This document shows positions 39,384 to 51,148 of a stretch of DNA of 64,000 nt, piece after piece. The notes under the pieces are model-generated. The model was given only the letters and a program-made list of their open reading frames with translations. It made no database searches and had not been told where the DNA came from. The position numbers were made by a program, and so were the translations under genes. Positions within the stretch are counted from its first letter, which is position 1, and every line of letters starts with the position of its first letter. This stretch comes from Podarcis muralis (Eukaryota), in the NCBI RefSeq assembly GCF_964188315.1, contig NC_135669.1, forward strand, positions 16,368,001-16,432,000, read 5' to 3'.

Positions 39384-42300
39384 ATGGAGACCTGTAACCG
39401 CAATGTGGCCAGCCCAGCTGGTCGAGTGCAGGCACGTCTACAGGTGAGCTGATGTTGTGAATGGAAAAAACAACAACTTGGAATATTGTGAATGAAAATA
39501 CTTGCAAACAAAGCGGGGTTCTCACCCTCAGGCCAGTGAGTGAGCCTAGGGAGGACAATACAGGGCCTTTTCGGTGCTGGCCCCTTATTTATGGAGTTGG
39601 CCTGGAGTCAGCTTTGTTATCTTTTGGCAACAATTGAAGACTTTCCCTAGTTCTGTGTTGTAACTAAGTGCTGTGCTATTGTTGGTTTTATTAGGGTCTC
39701 AGCCCCAAATGACCAGGAGACGCTCCTCCATTGCAGTACCAATGGCCTCCTCCTCTCCTTGGCTCATCAGCCTTCAGGGCTTCAGCAGAGCAGGGCTGCT
39801 CCCTGCTCCTCAGCTCTTGTCCAATTAGGAGGATTGGCCCTAAATCCCTTAGGGTTAATTGGCTTGCTCTGTGATCCTATTAGAGTGAGCTACAGACCCT
39901 GGATACTGCCTGCAACTGGGGCAGTTCTCTTCCTTCCTCTCCCACCTTCTCCCGAATCTCAGCCAGCCCCATGCCTTGGCCATCCACCCCATTCCCTTAG
40001 ACCCACATCTCGCGGTGGTGGGTGAAGATGGAGGCTCCAGAGGAGCTGCAGCCAGTTAAAGCTATTCTCCACCTTGCAGAACAGTCTTCTAGACCTGACC
40101 GAGACAGGCAAAGGCCTGAAAGTGCAGACTGAAAAGCCACATCTGGTGAGCCTGGGCAGCGGGCGTCTCAGCACTGCCATCACTCTCCTGCCTCTGGAAG
40201 AAGGTAAGTACCTGCAGGGCTGGTTGGGAAGCCCCTTCCTATGCGGAGGACAATATCAGGGCATCAGGCAGGAAAGGTGGCCCAGCAGAATCTCTCCAAC
40301 CTCGATGCGCTGGCACATCCAGTTTAGGAATCTCTTTTGGGCAGCCTTGGCTACTCTCAGGCCCCTGGCTGTCAAGCTCCCTAGGTCAGAGGGGGCACCT
40401 GCTTCTCCTCCTGGGAACTAGCCAGGAAGAAGAGCCGCTTGGGGGGCAGTGACTGCCCCACATCCTGCCCTGCTGAGCATCTGCCTGTGTCTCCTTGCAG
40501 GCAAAACCATGCTGGGCTCAGCCGCCGGGGACATTGTGCTGCAGGGGGCTGGCGTGGCACCCAAGCACTGCTTCATCGAGAACACGCACGGGACTCTCAC
40601 TCTGCACCCCTGTGGCAACCCGTGTGCCATAGATGGCTTGGCAGTCACACGCCCCACACGCCTTTCTCAAGGTAAGGAGGCTGATGGGTTGGTGGTTTTC
40701 CTTGTTACTAATATATCCCTCCCTTTCTACGGGTGGGAGCAAACAGCTACTTAACACTGTAGCCCAACAATAATAAAAAAAAATGACTCTAACAACCTCT
40801 GTCAACCACATATACAGAGTAGCTTTGTTGGCAAGGAAGCTGATTACATTTCCAAAGGCCCTGGAAAGCAACAAATGTTTTCGCCTTGTCCCAAAATGAA
40901 GCCAGTGGGTGGGACTCCTGAAACTCCCTTGGGAGGGCTGCAATGGGATGTGGTTTTGTTCCCCCCCCCCCCAGGTAGGGGTCATGGCAGCTGATGCGCA
41001 GAGGCAGCGGCTCCTTGGATGCAGGAGGTGCCTGGAGTTGTGGGGCAGGGACCTGCAGACCCATAGGATGTCCTGCAGGTCCAAAGGGTTATTAGAGGAT
41101 CCAGGATTGCAAACGTTTTATTTGTTAATGTAAAAATGTAAAAACAAAACAAAAACTCTCAAGTGGTTTACAGAAGATAAAACATGTGCCCACATTCTTT
41201 TGAGGATCAACCTTGGAGGAAGGGAGAAGAAGGGTGGGGGTAGCATGCTGCTTTCTGGTGGGGGCTGTGGAGCTCACTTTGCTTTTACCTTACTAGAGTT
41301 TAGCTTGGCCATGCAATGCCTGCTGCGGCCTAGGTAGGTCCTTGGCCTGTGGACAGCCAGGCCTGACTCCAGCGTAGTCATAGCTGTCACCTTTTCCCTT
41401 TTCTTGTGAGGAATCCTATTCAGAATAAGGGAATTTCCCTTAGAAAATGGGAAAAGTTGACAGCTATGCCATAGGTGGCTGCTGGTCAGGCACTCTTTCA
41501 GTTTGGCTGTCCTGGTAGTTGTTTCTGAGGCAAGGCTGAGTCGCTTGGGGTCTACAACCAGGGAGGACAGCGACGAATCTGCTGCCGGTGTGGTTTTTCA
41601 TAATCTGCAAATGAATTTTGGCTCCGCTCTGCCTGATGATTTGCTGAGTTCTGCCTTTGGCCTGGCCTGAGGAAGCTGTGGGGAGGGGCTGCTGTCAGGC
41701 GAGGCCCCTCCTTAGCAAGGATTAGACTGCTGTCAGATATCAAAGGTCCTTCCTGACAGCTGCAGCGCTGGCACGTGGGCAGCCCAAACAATGACCGAGA
41801 CTGTCTGTGCAGAGGGACGCTTGAGGAAAGTGGGTGGCTGGTGGGCTCCAGGCCAGGCAGTGCCCCAAGGGGGACTTGGGGAACCCCCTTCCTGGGGGGT
41901 CTGGAGCAACCACTGGGACCCCCAAAAAGTGTGGGCTGCTGTTGCTGAGGAAGGTTCACTGATGGGGCCGCACCAAGATGCTGGCACTGCAGCAAATCTC
42001 TCTTCTGTGGCTTTTTGTCCTTGGCAGGCAGGCAGGCAGGCTCTTGCTGGCACAAACAAAGGGAAATTCAACAAAATAGGAACAGTGACAAGTCCAAGCT
42101 CGGAGAGGGAAAGAATGTCTTTAGCCTCCCAAGTTTGGGCCGGCTGCTGGATAGCGCTTTGCTACACTCTTTCTCTGCACACATCAAGAGAAGGGGGGGG
42201 GGTGTGTGGAGAGAAAAGCTGTTGCTCGTCTGCCTGTCCTTGTCCCTGGGGCTGCCAGGGACACGGCAGGGGAGGAGGGGGCTGTTCCCTGGCAGATGCC

Positions 42301-45300
42301 AAGCTAGCATTTGCTGGGAGGCCGTGAAACTGGCAGTTCTGCAACACTCACTTGGTGGCTCCAGGCAGACTGGGAAAGCCTGCGTGGTTCTGCAGCTACC
42401 TTGATAGTTTGACTCCTAACTGACTCTGGAGAGGACCAGAGCTTTTTTCCCAGCTGGGGTCTTCCAGACCAGGTCCTTGCCTTCGCTCTACAAACTGGCC
42501 CCCTTGGGATCCACTCCCAAACATCACTGGTGGGTGGAAGGTGGTTTGCTGAATGTGTCCACTCGCCAGTGTTTCCTTCCCTTGACTGCTTTGCAGATGC
42601 TTGAGATGCTGCTATGATTTTACTCTTTCTACTCCCAAATGAAGGGAAGGACTGAGGCTGCATCCTGGAGGCCTGGGAGATCTAGGTGTGTGGTCCCGAA
42701 TGTCCAGGTGCTGCTCCCACCTGGCAATGGAGTGCACTTGGGTGATCACACCCAGAGTAGAAGGGCATAACACGTCCCGATCAATGGTGCACATACTGAC
42801 CAGTATGGCAGGAGGGAGGCAGCTGGTTGGGAGGAAATTTTGCAGTAGGACTGGGCTGTCTGCAATCTACAACCTACAGCAGCTATGCAGCTGGGGGACA
42901 GGGAATGGGAAAGTGGATCAGGGGAATTTCAGAATTCCCTGGTGCTTGATCTTTAGTGATGCTTTGACCTGAGTTATCTGTAGTGAACTTGCCCAGAATT
43001 CCTGGCTGGGTGGGTACAGTGCAAGAGCCAGCAGAAAGTCTGACTCAGATACCAGGTTCAGAGAGAGGCACCAATTGTGCACCCTTTTCACAGGTGCCAC
43101 ACACTGGGTTGACGTTTTCATTGCACTGTCTTCTGTGACTGAAAGACTGCTTTTCCGGGCAGTCACTAGCAGTTCAGATCCCATTAGTGTGTAAGTAAAC
43201 TCAGGACTTTTTGCCCCATAGTGCATCCCTTTAGACTTGCCTACATGGAAGTGGATGTGCTATTTCAACGCCCAGTCATCCAGTTTGGAAAGCTCCTCAT
43301 GGAGCTCCTTGCAATCCCTTTTTGTTCTTGCCAGCCTATTTTGTTTTACTATATGACTTGCCATATGGAAACTTATTTGAAGCCGTACATGATGGAAAAT
43401 GATAGATAAAAAATACTTAACGATTTGGTGTTTTCAACAAACTGGCTATCTGACTGCTCACTCCTAAATCCGGGTGATTGATAAACAAGTTCAAAAACAC
43501 AGGTCCCAATACAGATTTTTGGGGCACCCCATTTCTTGCTCCCCTCTATCAGGAAAACTGCAATTTTACTCTTTTTCTTTTGCTTCCTGTTTCTTAACCA
43601 GTTTCTGATCCATAAGAGGATCTTATTCCATAACTGCTTGGGAATATTTGGCGAGGGACTTTGATCAAATGCTTTTTGAAAGGCTAAGGATGTACTCTCT
43701 GCCAAAACACCCTTCTTCATGTGCTTACTGACAAAGGTTAATGAGACTTTTGACTTTCCCTTGCAAACTTCCTTTTTAACCCATCGCCTCATTCTTCAGA
43801 AGTTTCCTCTTTTGAAGTCAAATGTGACTGTACTTTCTTGGAAACTGCCCACTTACATCTTTCTCCAAGTCCTCCCTGGTACCACTAAGGATTATGTCCA
43901 GGGTCATCTCCTCTCTGGTTGGTTCCTTGACCAGCTGTTCTAGGGCAATAATTTAGGGTACTGTATCTACAGACCTTTTTGTTGTGATACATGAGCCCAG
44001 TCTTACTTGAGTGAAATTCGTTCAATTTGCCCATTAGTACACCACTTCCTCCCTGACTTCATTCTCCATCTCCCAGAACACTTGTCAGGAAATTGACAGC
44101 ATGTCTGTCACCAGTACTAGTCACCCACAGCAGTTCCGTGGAGAAGTCTGCCCATTTAAGTCAATCCAATTCAGGCTTTTTAAACACTGCCTGGCAGGAA
44201 GAGGGTCTCTAGGATTTCAGGTGGGGTCTCTCCCAGTCCTATGTGGAAATGTCATTGGGGATTGAACCTGGGACATTCTGCATGCAAATCAGGTGTTCAG
44301 CTGTGGCCCTTGGAGATTCATTTCCCTCTTTAGGAACAGCCCTGTTGGGTTAGAACAGAAGCCTACCTAGTTAAGCATCTTCTTCCTCCCAGTGATCAAG
44401 TAAATGTTTGTGGGAAGCCTACAAAGCAGGACAGGAGTGCAACAGCTTTCTTCAGCTATTGATGATGGTGATCTGACCTGATGTTGCAAGTTCACGTGGC
44501 CTACTAATTTGAGATTTAAAGTATTTATTTGACACATCGAGTGACATGTTCAGGTCACATAAAAAGTAAAGCATAGTCATATTGGTCCATAAGAAAATTA
44601 AAAAATAATGTTTAGGCCCACCAAAATACCGCAAAACAGTATGCACTCTTTGTGCCTAATAATGCAATGGCCCCAATTTGGTTTTTGAACTGATGTTCAG
44701 GATGCATTATAGCATTGCACACAGAGTTTCCTGCTCTTGGGGGCTTTGTTATTTAATAATAATAATAACACCAAACCAACAGACTCTTTGCATTGGCCTT
44801 GGACCACAGTGGAGAGCTTTGGTGCCTCACCTGCCTGAAAGGGGGCTGAAAAACCACATGCCTACATCAATACAGGCTCCCATTTTGCACCCACATCTGG
44901 GCATTAAGCATGTGCTAGTTCCGGCCCCAAGACATAGCACTGCCATTCCCTTTCTCCAATATTCAGTCCCTTATTTCCTCCTCCCCCTGTTGTCATTTTC
45001 TCTTTGGGATGGGGTCGGTGTCTGTGCTTTGGTGTGGACTGAAGAAACCGTCAAGCGAATTGTTGCTCTCTGCAGAGCAAAGAATGGGGATCTGGAACTA
45101 GTGACCTCCTTAAGGACTTCCCCCGCCTCCACCGCCCTAAACACACACATTTTCTAGGGAGCTCCTCCACACACCACCGGGTGCAGCAGCAGCAGCCAGC
45201 CCTTTCATACAAAGATCACAGTGTCAGATTTTCCAAGATACTCCATGTTTCCTGCCTGAATCACTTTCTTTCCCACCCCCCTGCCCGCCCAGACCCTGGA

Positions 45301-48300
45301 AAAAGAATCCCATTAAAAATATTTTAAAAATTAATAGCCCCGAGGACTCCCCTGGGCAGAGAGAGGAAAATAGCTGAGCTACTTCTCTCCATGACTGAGT
45401 CAATCCCAGCCACACACACACACAAATGCTTTCGCAAGGCGTGGGCCGAAGCCTGTTGTGCCTGGCTGGAGAGAGCGAGCAGACTGCAGACACAGATGTG
45501 CTCTTATAGATGCCTCCCGCCTCTCCTCCCCCCCCCCATTGTGCTGCTAAACTGTGATCTCACATGTGGGAGGGACAGCAGCAGCAGCAGCGAGAAGCCG
45601 AAGCAGCCCATCACCCTTCAAAGGACCCTGCAGTTGCCCTATATTTTCCATGCTAGTAAATCCCACCAAGGCTGCCCTAGTTCAAAGCACATCATTGCCA
45701 TGTCCCTTGAAAGCTCATCCCAAATCGCAGCTCAGGAGGCTGAGGTGCACCCTGACCAAAAATAGGATCCTGGCAGGGGGCAGAAACTCCCAGGGGCCGA
45801 TGCACTCAGAGTTTTGAAGGCAGGGGGCTTGGGGTTTCACTCTGGCCCTTTTTAGTCATAGCTGGGGTACAACCTGGCCTGCCTTTGGATCTCTCCTGTC
45901 CCTTTGTCCAACCTGGGGGTGGGAGGGAGATGCTTTCTAACCGACAGCAGCCTCCACCAATGAGGTCGTTACTCCATTTTGAGGAAAGGCTGGGCCCAGT
46001 CCATGCAGCAGCGGGGAGACCTTGTGCCAAGAATTTCCTCCTGGAGAGACAACTGGTGGCTTGTGCTACTACTAGCCTGCGGACTCTTGCTTTTCAGGGG
46101 TGATTTGGCTTCAGTTTCTGCTGGTTTGTCCAAGGCGCTGGGCTTCTCCAGTTCTTCTTTTAAGGTACCTTCTCTTTCTCCCAAGCACTGTTTCTTTTTT
46201 ATTTATGCCACCACCGACATTAGGCACCATCTTCAGCAGGTTTCCAGAGAGGCTTAAAAAGGTAAAGGGACCCCTGACCATTAGGTCCAGTCGTGACCGA
46301 CTCTGGGGTTGAGGCGCTCATCTTGCTTTATTGGCCAAGGGAGCCGGCGTACAGCTTCCAGGTCATGTGGCCAGCATGACTAAGCCGCTTCTGGCGAACC
46401 AGAGCAGCACACGGAAACGCCGTTTACCTTCCTGCCGGAGCGGTACCTATTTATCTACTTGCACTTTGATGTGCTTTCGAACAGCTAGGTGGGCAGGAGC
46501 AGGGACCGAGCAACGGGAGCTCACCCTGTCATGAGGATTCGAACCGCGGACCTTCTGATCGGCAAGTCCTAGGCTCTGTGGTTTAACCCATAGCGCCACC
46601 CGCTGAAAAAACTTAAAAAGCACACCTATGTAAACCAAGCTTTAAAACATGGCCATACCAAAGAGCAGTTTCAAGCAGCCAGCTGAGTTTTCAACGGACC
46701 AAGCAGTATAAAAGCCAGGGCAAGTGAAAAGAGGTCTGGCATTGGGGCAGGCACCAGGTGAGCATCCATGGGGGAGCCTGCTGCCCCACTCCTTTCGTGC
46801 CCCAGAGTGGTCACCTTGTGAAGGTTTGACCTTTCCAGTGAAGGGAAGAGGTGGCTGCTTTGCTTTCTGTGTCTGTCAACTTTTTCTCCTGCCCCTCTTT
46901 CAGGGCTCAGTGCATCTCACTCTCATTTTCACTTCACAATGGCCCTGCAAGGGAGCTTAAGGTGCACGATAAGAGCAAGCCTCTCCCATAGGTGTCTGAT
47001 GTCTGCTGCACCCACACTGTCTCTCGGGGAGCTTGTGAGCTAGCTGTGCAGGCACACTACCCTTGAGACAACAAAACTGATTTGGGGGGGGGGGCATTCA
47101 TTAAATCACACTCCTTGATCAGCTGAATCTGGAGGAAGTTACAGTGAAAATACTACAATTTAAGCAGCCTGGCGTCATTCGGCGGCACAGATGCGGGTGG
47201 GCAAGGTCCACACTGCAGGGGGTCATTTCTCTCCCCCCCCCCCCAAGAAAAGAGGGCATTCAAAATAATGCTGCGATGCTCTTGTATTTGGCAGCCGCCT
47301 GCAAAGGAGAGTCCAAAATTGTGTAGAGCCTAAATGGGGAAACAAAAAGGGTTTTTTTTTGGGGGGGGGAGGTGTCTGGCGCTGTTTTTTCGCCTAGAGC
47401 CCGCTTCTTTCAAAGGGATGTTGAAACAGTTTAAGGACCCACCAGGACAGAATTTATTGGCGGAATAAAAGCGGGTGAGAGCGGCGCCTTTCCGCAGCTC
47501 TGAACTGGTCACGGTTCCGGTTTTCTCTCGGCCACCTTTCCCAACAAGCCTGCAAGGCAGGCCAGTGTCATGGCTGCCACACACCCCACCCCACCCCCCC
47601 AGCCGGAGCTGAGTCGAGCGAAAGGGCTGCTGCTACTAGCGAGTCCTCCGGGTGGGGGCGGCCCCCGAGCCCCAGCCTCGACGGGCAGTCTCTGTCCCTA
47701 CCAACCTGCGCGAAGTAAAGCCCGGCCAGCCGCCTCGTGGCCAGACGAGGGCGCAGCCCTTCTGCCGTCCAGGCGCTGCTCCGGGGGAAGCGCCGGTGGC
47801 GACCCCGGCCCTGCAGAACAAGGGCCTTCGCCGCAATCCACCCCCCAACTCCAGGGGTCCCGTCGCTGCGCCCCTTCTTCCTGCCGAGACCGCCCCCCCC
47901 CCGAGGTCCGCCTCAGCGGCACCCTCTCCCCGGTCTCCCCTGCCCGGCTGCGCGACGGAAGCAGGGGAGGAGCCGCCCCCTGAATAGACCCCGCCAGCTG
48001 GGGCCGGGCTTGGCACCGCGAAAGGCGCGGCCAGACCGGGATCGGGCGCTCCGCACTGAGGAGGCGGCGGCGGCGGCGGCGGCGGCACGACGGGGGCAGG
48101 TGAGTGCGCCGGGGGCGGGGGCGCGTCCTCCTCGCCGCGGTGCCTTCCAAGGGAGAGAAGGCGGCGGCCGCCCGGGCCTCGGCGGGCTTGCAACAGGCGC
48201 TCCAGCCGCAGGCGCTATTTTTAGGAGTCCCCAAAGTGGCGCCGGCGGCTGGACCTGGCCGGGCGCAGATGCCGGTCCCCTCCCCCGGCGCAGAGAAGCT

Positions 48301-51113
48301 GGGCGGGCCCAGGGAAGCGAGGCAGGCTGGGGCCCGCAATCCGGTTCCGAGTCGGCTCGGCTCGCCTTGCGCGCCTCCCCTCTGCCCTTTCCCCGAGGGA
48401 CGGCTTCTGATCCTGCGCCAGGCCTGGCGGCCCGTGCGCTCTTTGCCGCCTCCGCTGCCCACAGGAGACGTGGCACCCGACGGGGGGGGGGGGACGCATC
48501 ACATGGTCTTGGAAGCGACCAGGGGGTTTGCCTGGGCCGCGTGGCCCTCAGGCCTTCCCTGGACGAGTCCATCCGCCTCCCTCTCTTATGCCCCCCCCCC
48601 ATGCTTGGGTAGTTATGCCACCGGCCAGTGGGCGGCGCGCTGGCTAAGAGGAGCAGGTTGCGCTCAGAGTGTGGCTTCTGTTGAGGGGTCTTTGAGAATT
48701 GAGGGAGCAAGGTCCGGAAGGTCAGCCAAAAGGGCAGGGGGCTGCCACGGGGTGTGGGGGTGGGCGGGAATGATGCTTGCAGCCCACCTGCACCCTGGAT
48801 GGCTGGGATCGATTCCCTGGTTTGGATGTTTGCAGCTGCTGGCTGACTTGCGCCAAACATCAGTTTTCCTTAGTTGCATAGCTCTTCAGGGCTATGTGGT
48901 CCTGTGCTGGGGATCCACTCAGCCCTATACAGTCGTACCTCATGTTAAGTACTTAATTTGTTCCAGAGGTCCGTTCTTAACCTGAAACTGTTCTTAACCT
49001 GAAGCACCACTTTAGCTAATGGGGCCTCCTGCTGCTGCCGCGCCGCCAGAGCACAATTTCTGTTCTTATCCTGAAGCAAAGTTCTTAACCTGAACCACTA
49101 TTTCTGGGTTAGCGGAGTGTGTAACCTGAAGCGTATTTAACCAGAGGTACCACTGTAACATTGGTCAGACTTGAACGTTAGACGGTGAGCCTGTTAGGAC
49201 CAGAAGATGAACAACAGGTCATGCAAGCCACTGTTTTCAGCCGCAGTTTATCCTTAAAAAGGAACGTCAGTGGTCTACCTTACACGGTTGTTGTGAGCAA
49301 GGTGGAGGCCGTGATTTATTGCTGCATAGTTGAACTGCTATAGACATTATAATGAGAAGGGTCCATATGTGCCTTTCCCAGGCAGCCATCGGGATCAGAA
49401 GTCCAGATGGGGAGCAGCTCAGCCGTGGGTGATTTATCTCTGAGATCCCAGCACAAAGGCCCAGCGATGCTGCCGAGGAGGGAGGGGAGCAGAGAGATTT
49501 ACAGAGCAGATTGTTTGAGGGGGGGGGGGATTTGACATGTGGCAGTTCTGGTGCTCCAATGCACCAGAGCTTGGTGGGGCACAAAGCCCTGGGGACGACT
49601 GCCCCTTCCCTCCCCCTCCTTGGCTGTGTTCCACATGCTGAGCCTTGTATAGGGATGGCAGAGAGGCAGAGACTGCCCCCCTCCCTCCTCTGCAGGACAG
49701 CCACCTGTTCTTTCGCTGGCTCCTGCTTTTACGTACTTCCGCTTCTTCCCAGGGTTCAGGCAGGACAGAGGACAGAATGGTTTCCTCTCCTCTCTCCCTC
49801 CCTCTCCCCAGAGTGATCTTTCCTGCCTCCTGACTGGTATGAAGTGTTTGGGGACTCAGGGAAAGGTGGGATGGGAACTCTGAATTTGTACATGTCTGTG
49901 TTGCCCGTATAACTTAAGTCATTTGGGCGGCCCAGTGGAAGAGATGCTTAATCTGACCCCCTGGGAAAGTAGCTTGCCCACAAGTCCTCCTTTCATCCTG
50001 CCTAAAGGATGCTTCCCCGGGCCTTTCCTTGAGAGGAGACATATTGTGTCGCACGCACAGAGCTGCAAGATTCATTGCTGCGTTGTAAGATAAGCCTGGC
50101 AGCTCCCCTCTGGAGCTGTGGGGGTGGCTGGTCAAGTTGTCCTTTTTGAGGCTGTGCAGAAGCACCAGTTTTGTCCCTGGGGGAGAAACATGCAGGGATT
50201 GAGCAGCAATTTTCGCTTCTCCAGAATTCTGCCTAGTAACGTGATCCATAACATCGAGTTTATTCGCCAGCTCCTCCAAAATGCCCTATATTCCATTACC
50301 AACCACCAAAGCCCTCCTGCACTCTATAGACAAAATAATAAAAAGACACACAAATCAGACATTAGCGATGGCTGCATTCAGAAACCAGTTGGAGAACATT
50401 TCAACATACTGACCTTTACGGTGGCCGTCCTTGGAGAAAAATGCTCTGTTCCTCCAACATTTTCGTTCTTTACGTGTGTGTGGGTAATTCTAACTTTTTT
50501 TGTTTAGATAAGAGGTGACACGATAGAAGTATATAAACTAATGCATGGAGAAGGTGGAGAGAGAAAAGTTTTTATTCCTCTCTCAACGCTCAGACTCATG
50601 GCAGGGATTGTCGACAACCTAAGTGGCTTTAAAAGAGCCTTAGGCAAATTCATGGAGGATAGCCCTAAATATGGCTAGTAGCCATTGTGGCTATGCTCTG
50701 CGTCTCCAGTAGGGGGCAGTGATGCTTCTGAACACTCCCCCGCTCCCCATGTGGCAAGGAGCAGATATTAGGGTTGTGTGGTTCAGACTCCTGGGATTAG
50801 CTAAACATGCGATCCCATTAAGAAGGAGGTGGGATGATTGTGATGTTTGCACATTTGATCTTGGGAGCCATGTGACTGCACCTGATTGACAGAAAGCAGC
50901 AGCTGCACCCCAGAGGAAGTGCAACCTGCCTGGAAGGTGCTCCTGGCTAGAGCTCACGGCTGTCTTTGCATCCAGTCCTGCCAGGGGAAGGGTTGGTCAG
51001 GGTTACTATGGAGCACCCAAAGGCTCCGTTTTTAGTAACCTTCAATTTCCTTGGTTTGTTTTAAAAATGGCCAGGAACGTGCTTGCCAACATGGCAGTTT
51101 CTGAAATCCAGGA

Positions 51114-51148
<35 letters not shown>

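Noticed and set aside
45885-46257. ORFs (MLSNRQQPPP.., MRKGWAQSMQQ..) as a possible alternative first coding exon of PHLDB1
   Set aside because: No strong donor in the phase 1 required to join exon 52624, and no homology recognised.
47570-48985. Several overlapping 185-315 aa ORFs on both strands
   Set aside because: They lie in a very GC-rich CpG island where stop codons are rare; the Pro/Arg/Gly/Ala low-complexity products have no recognisable domain.
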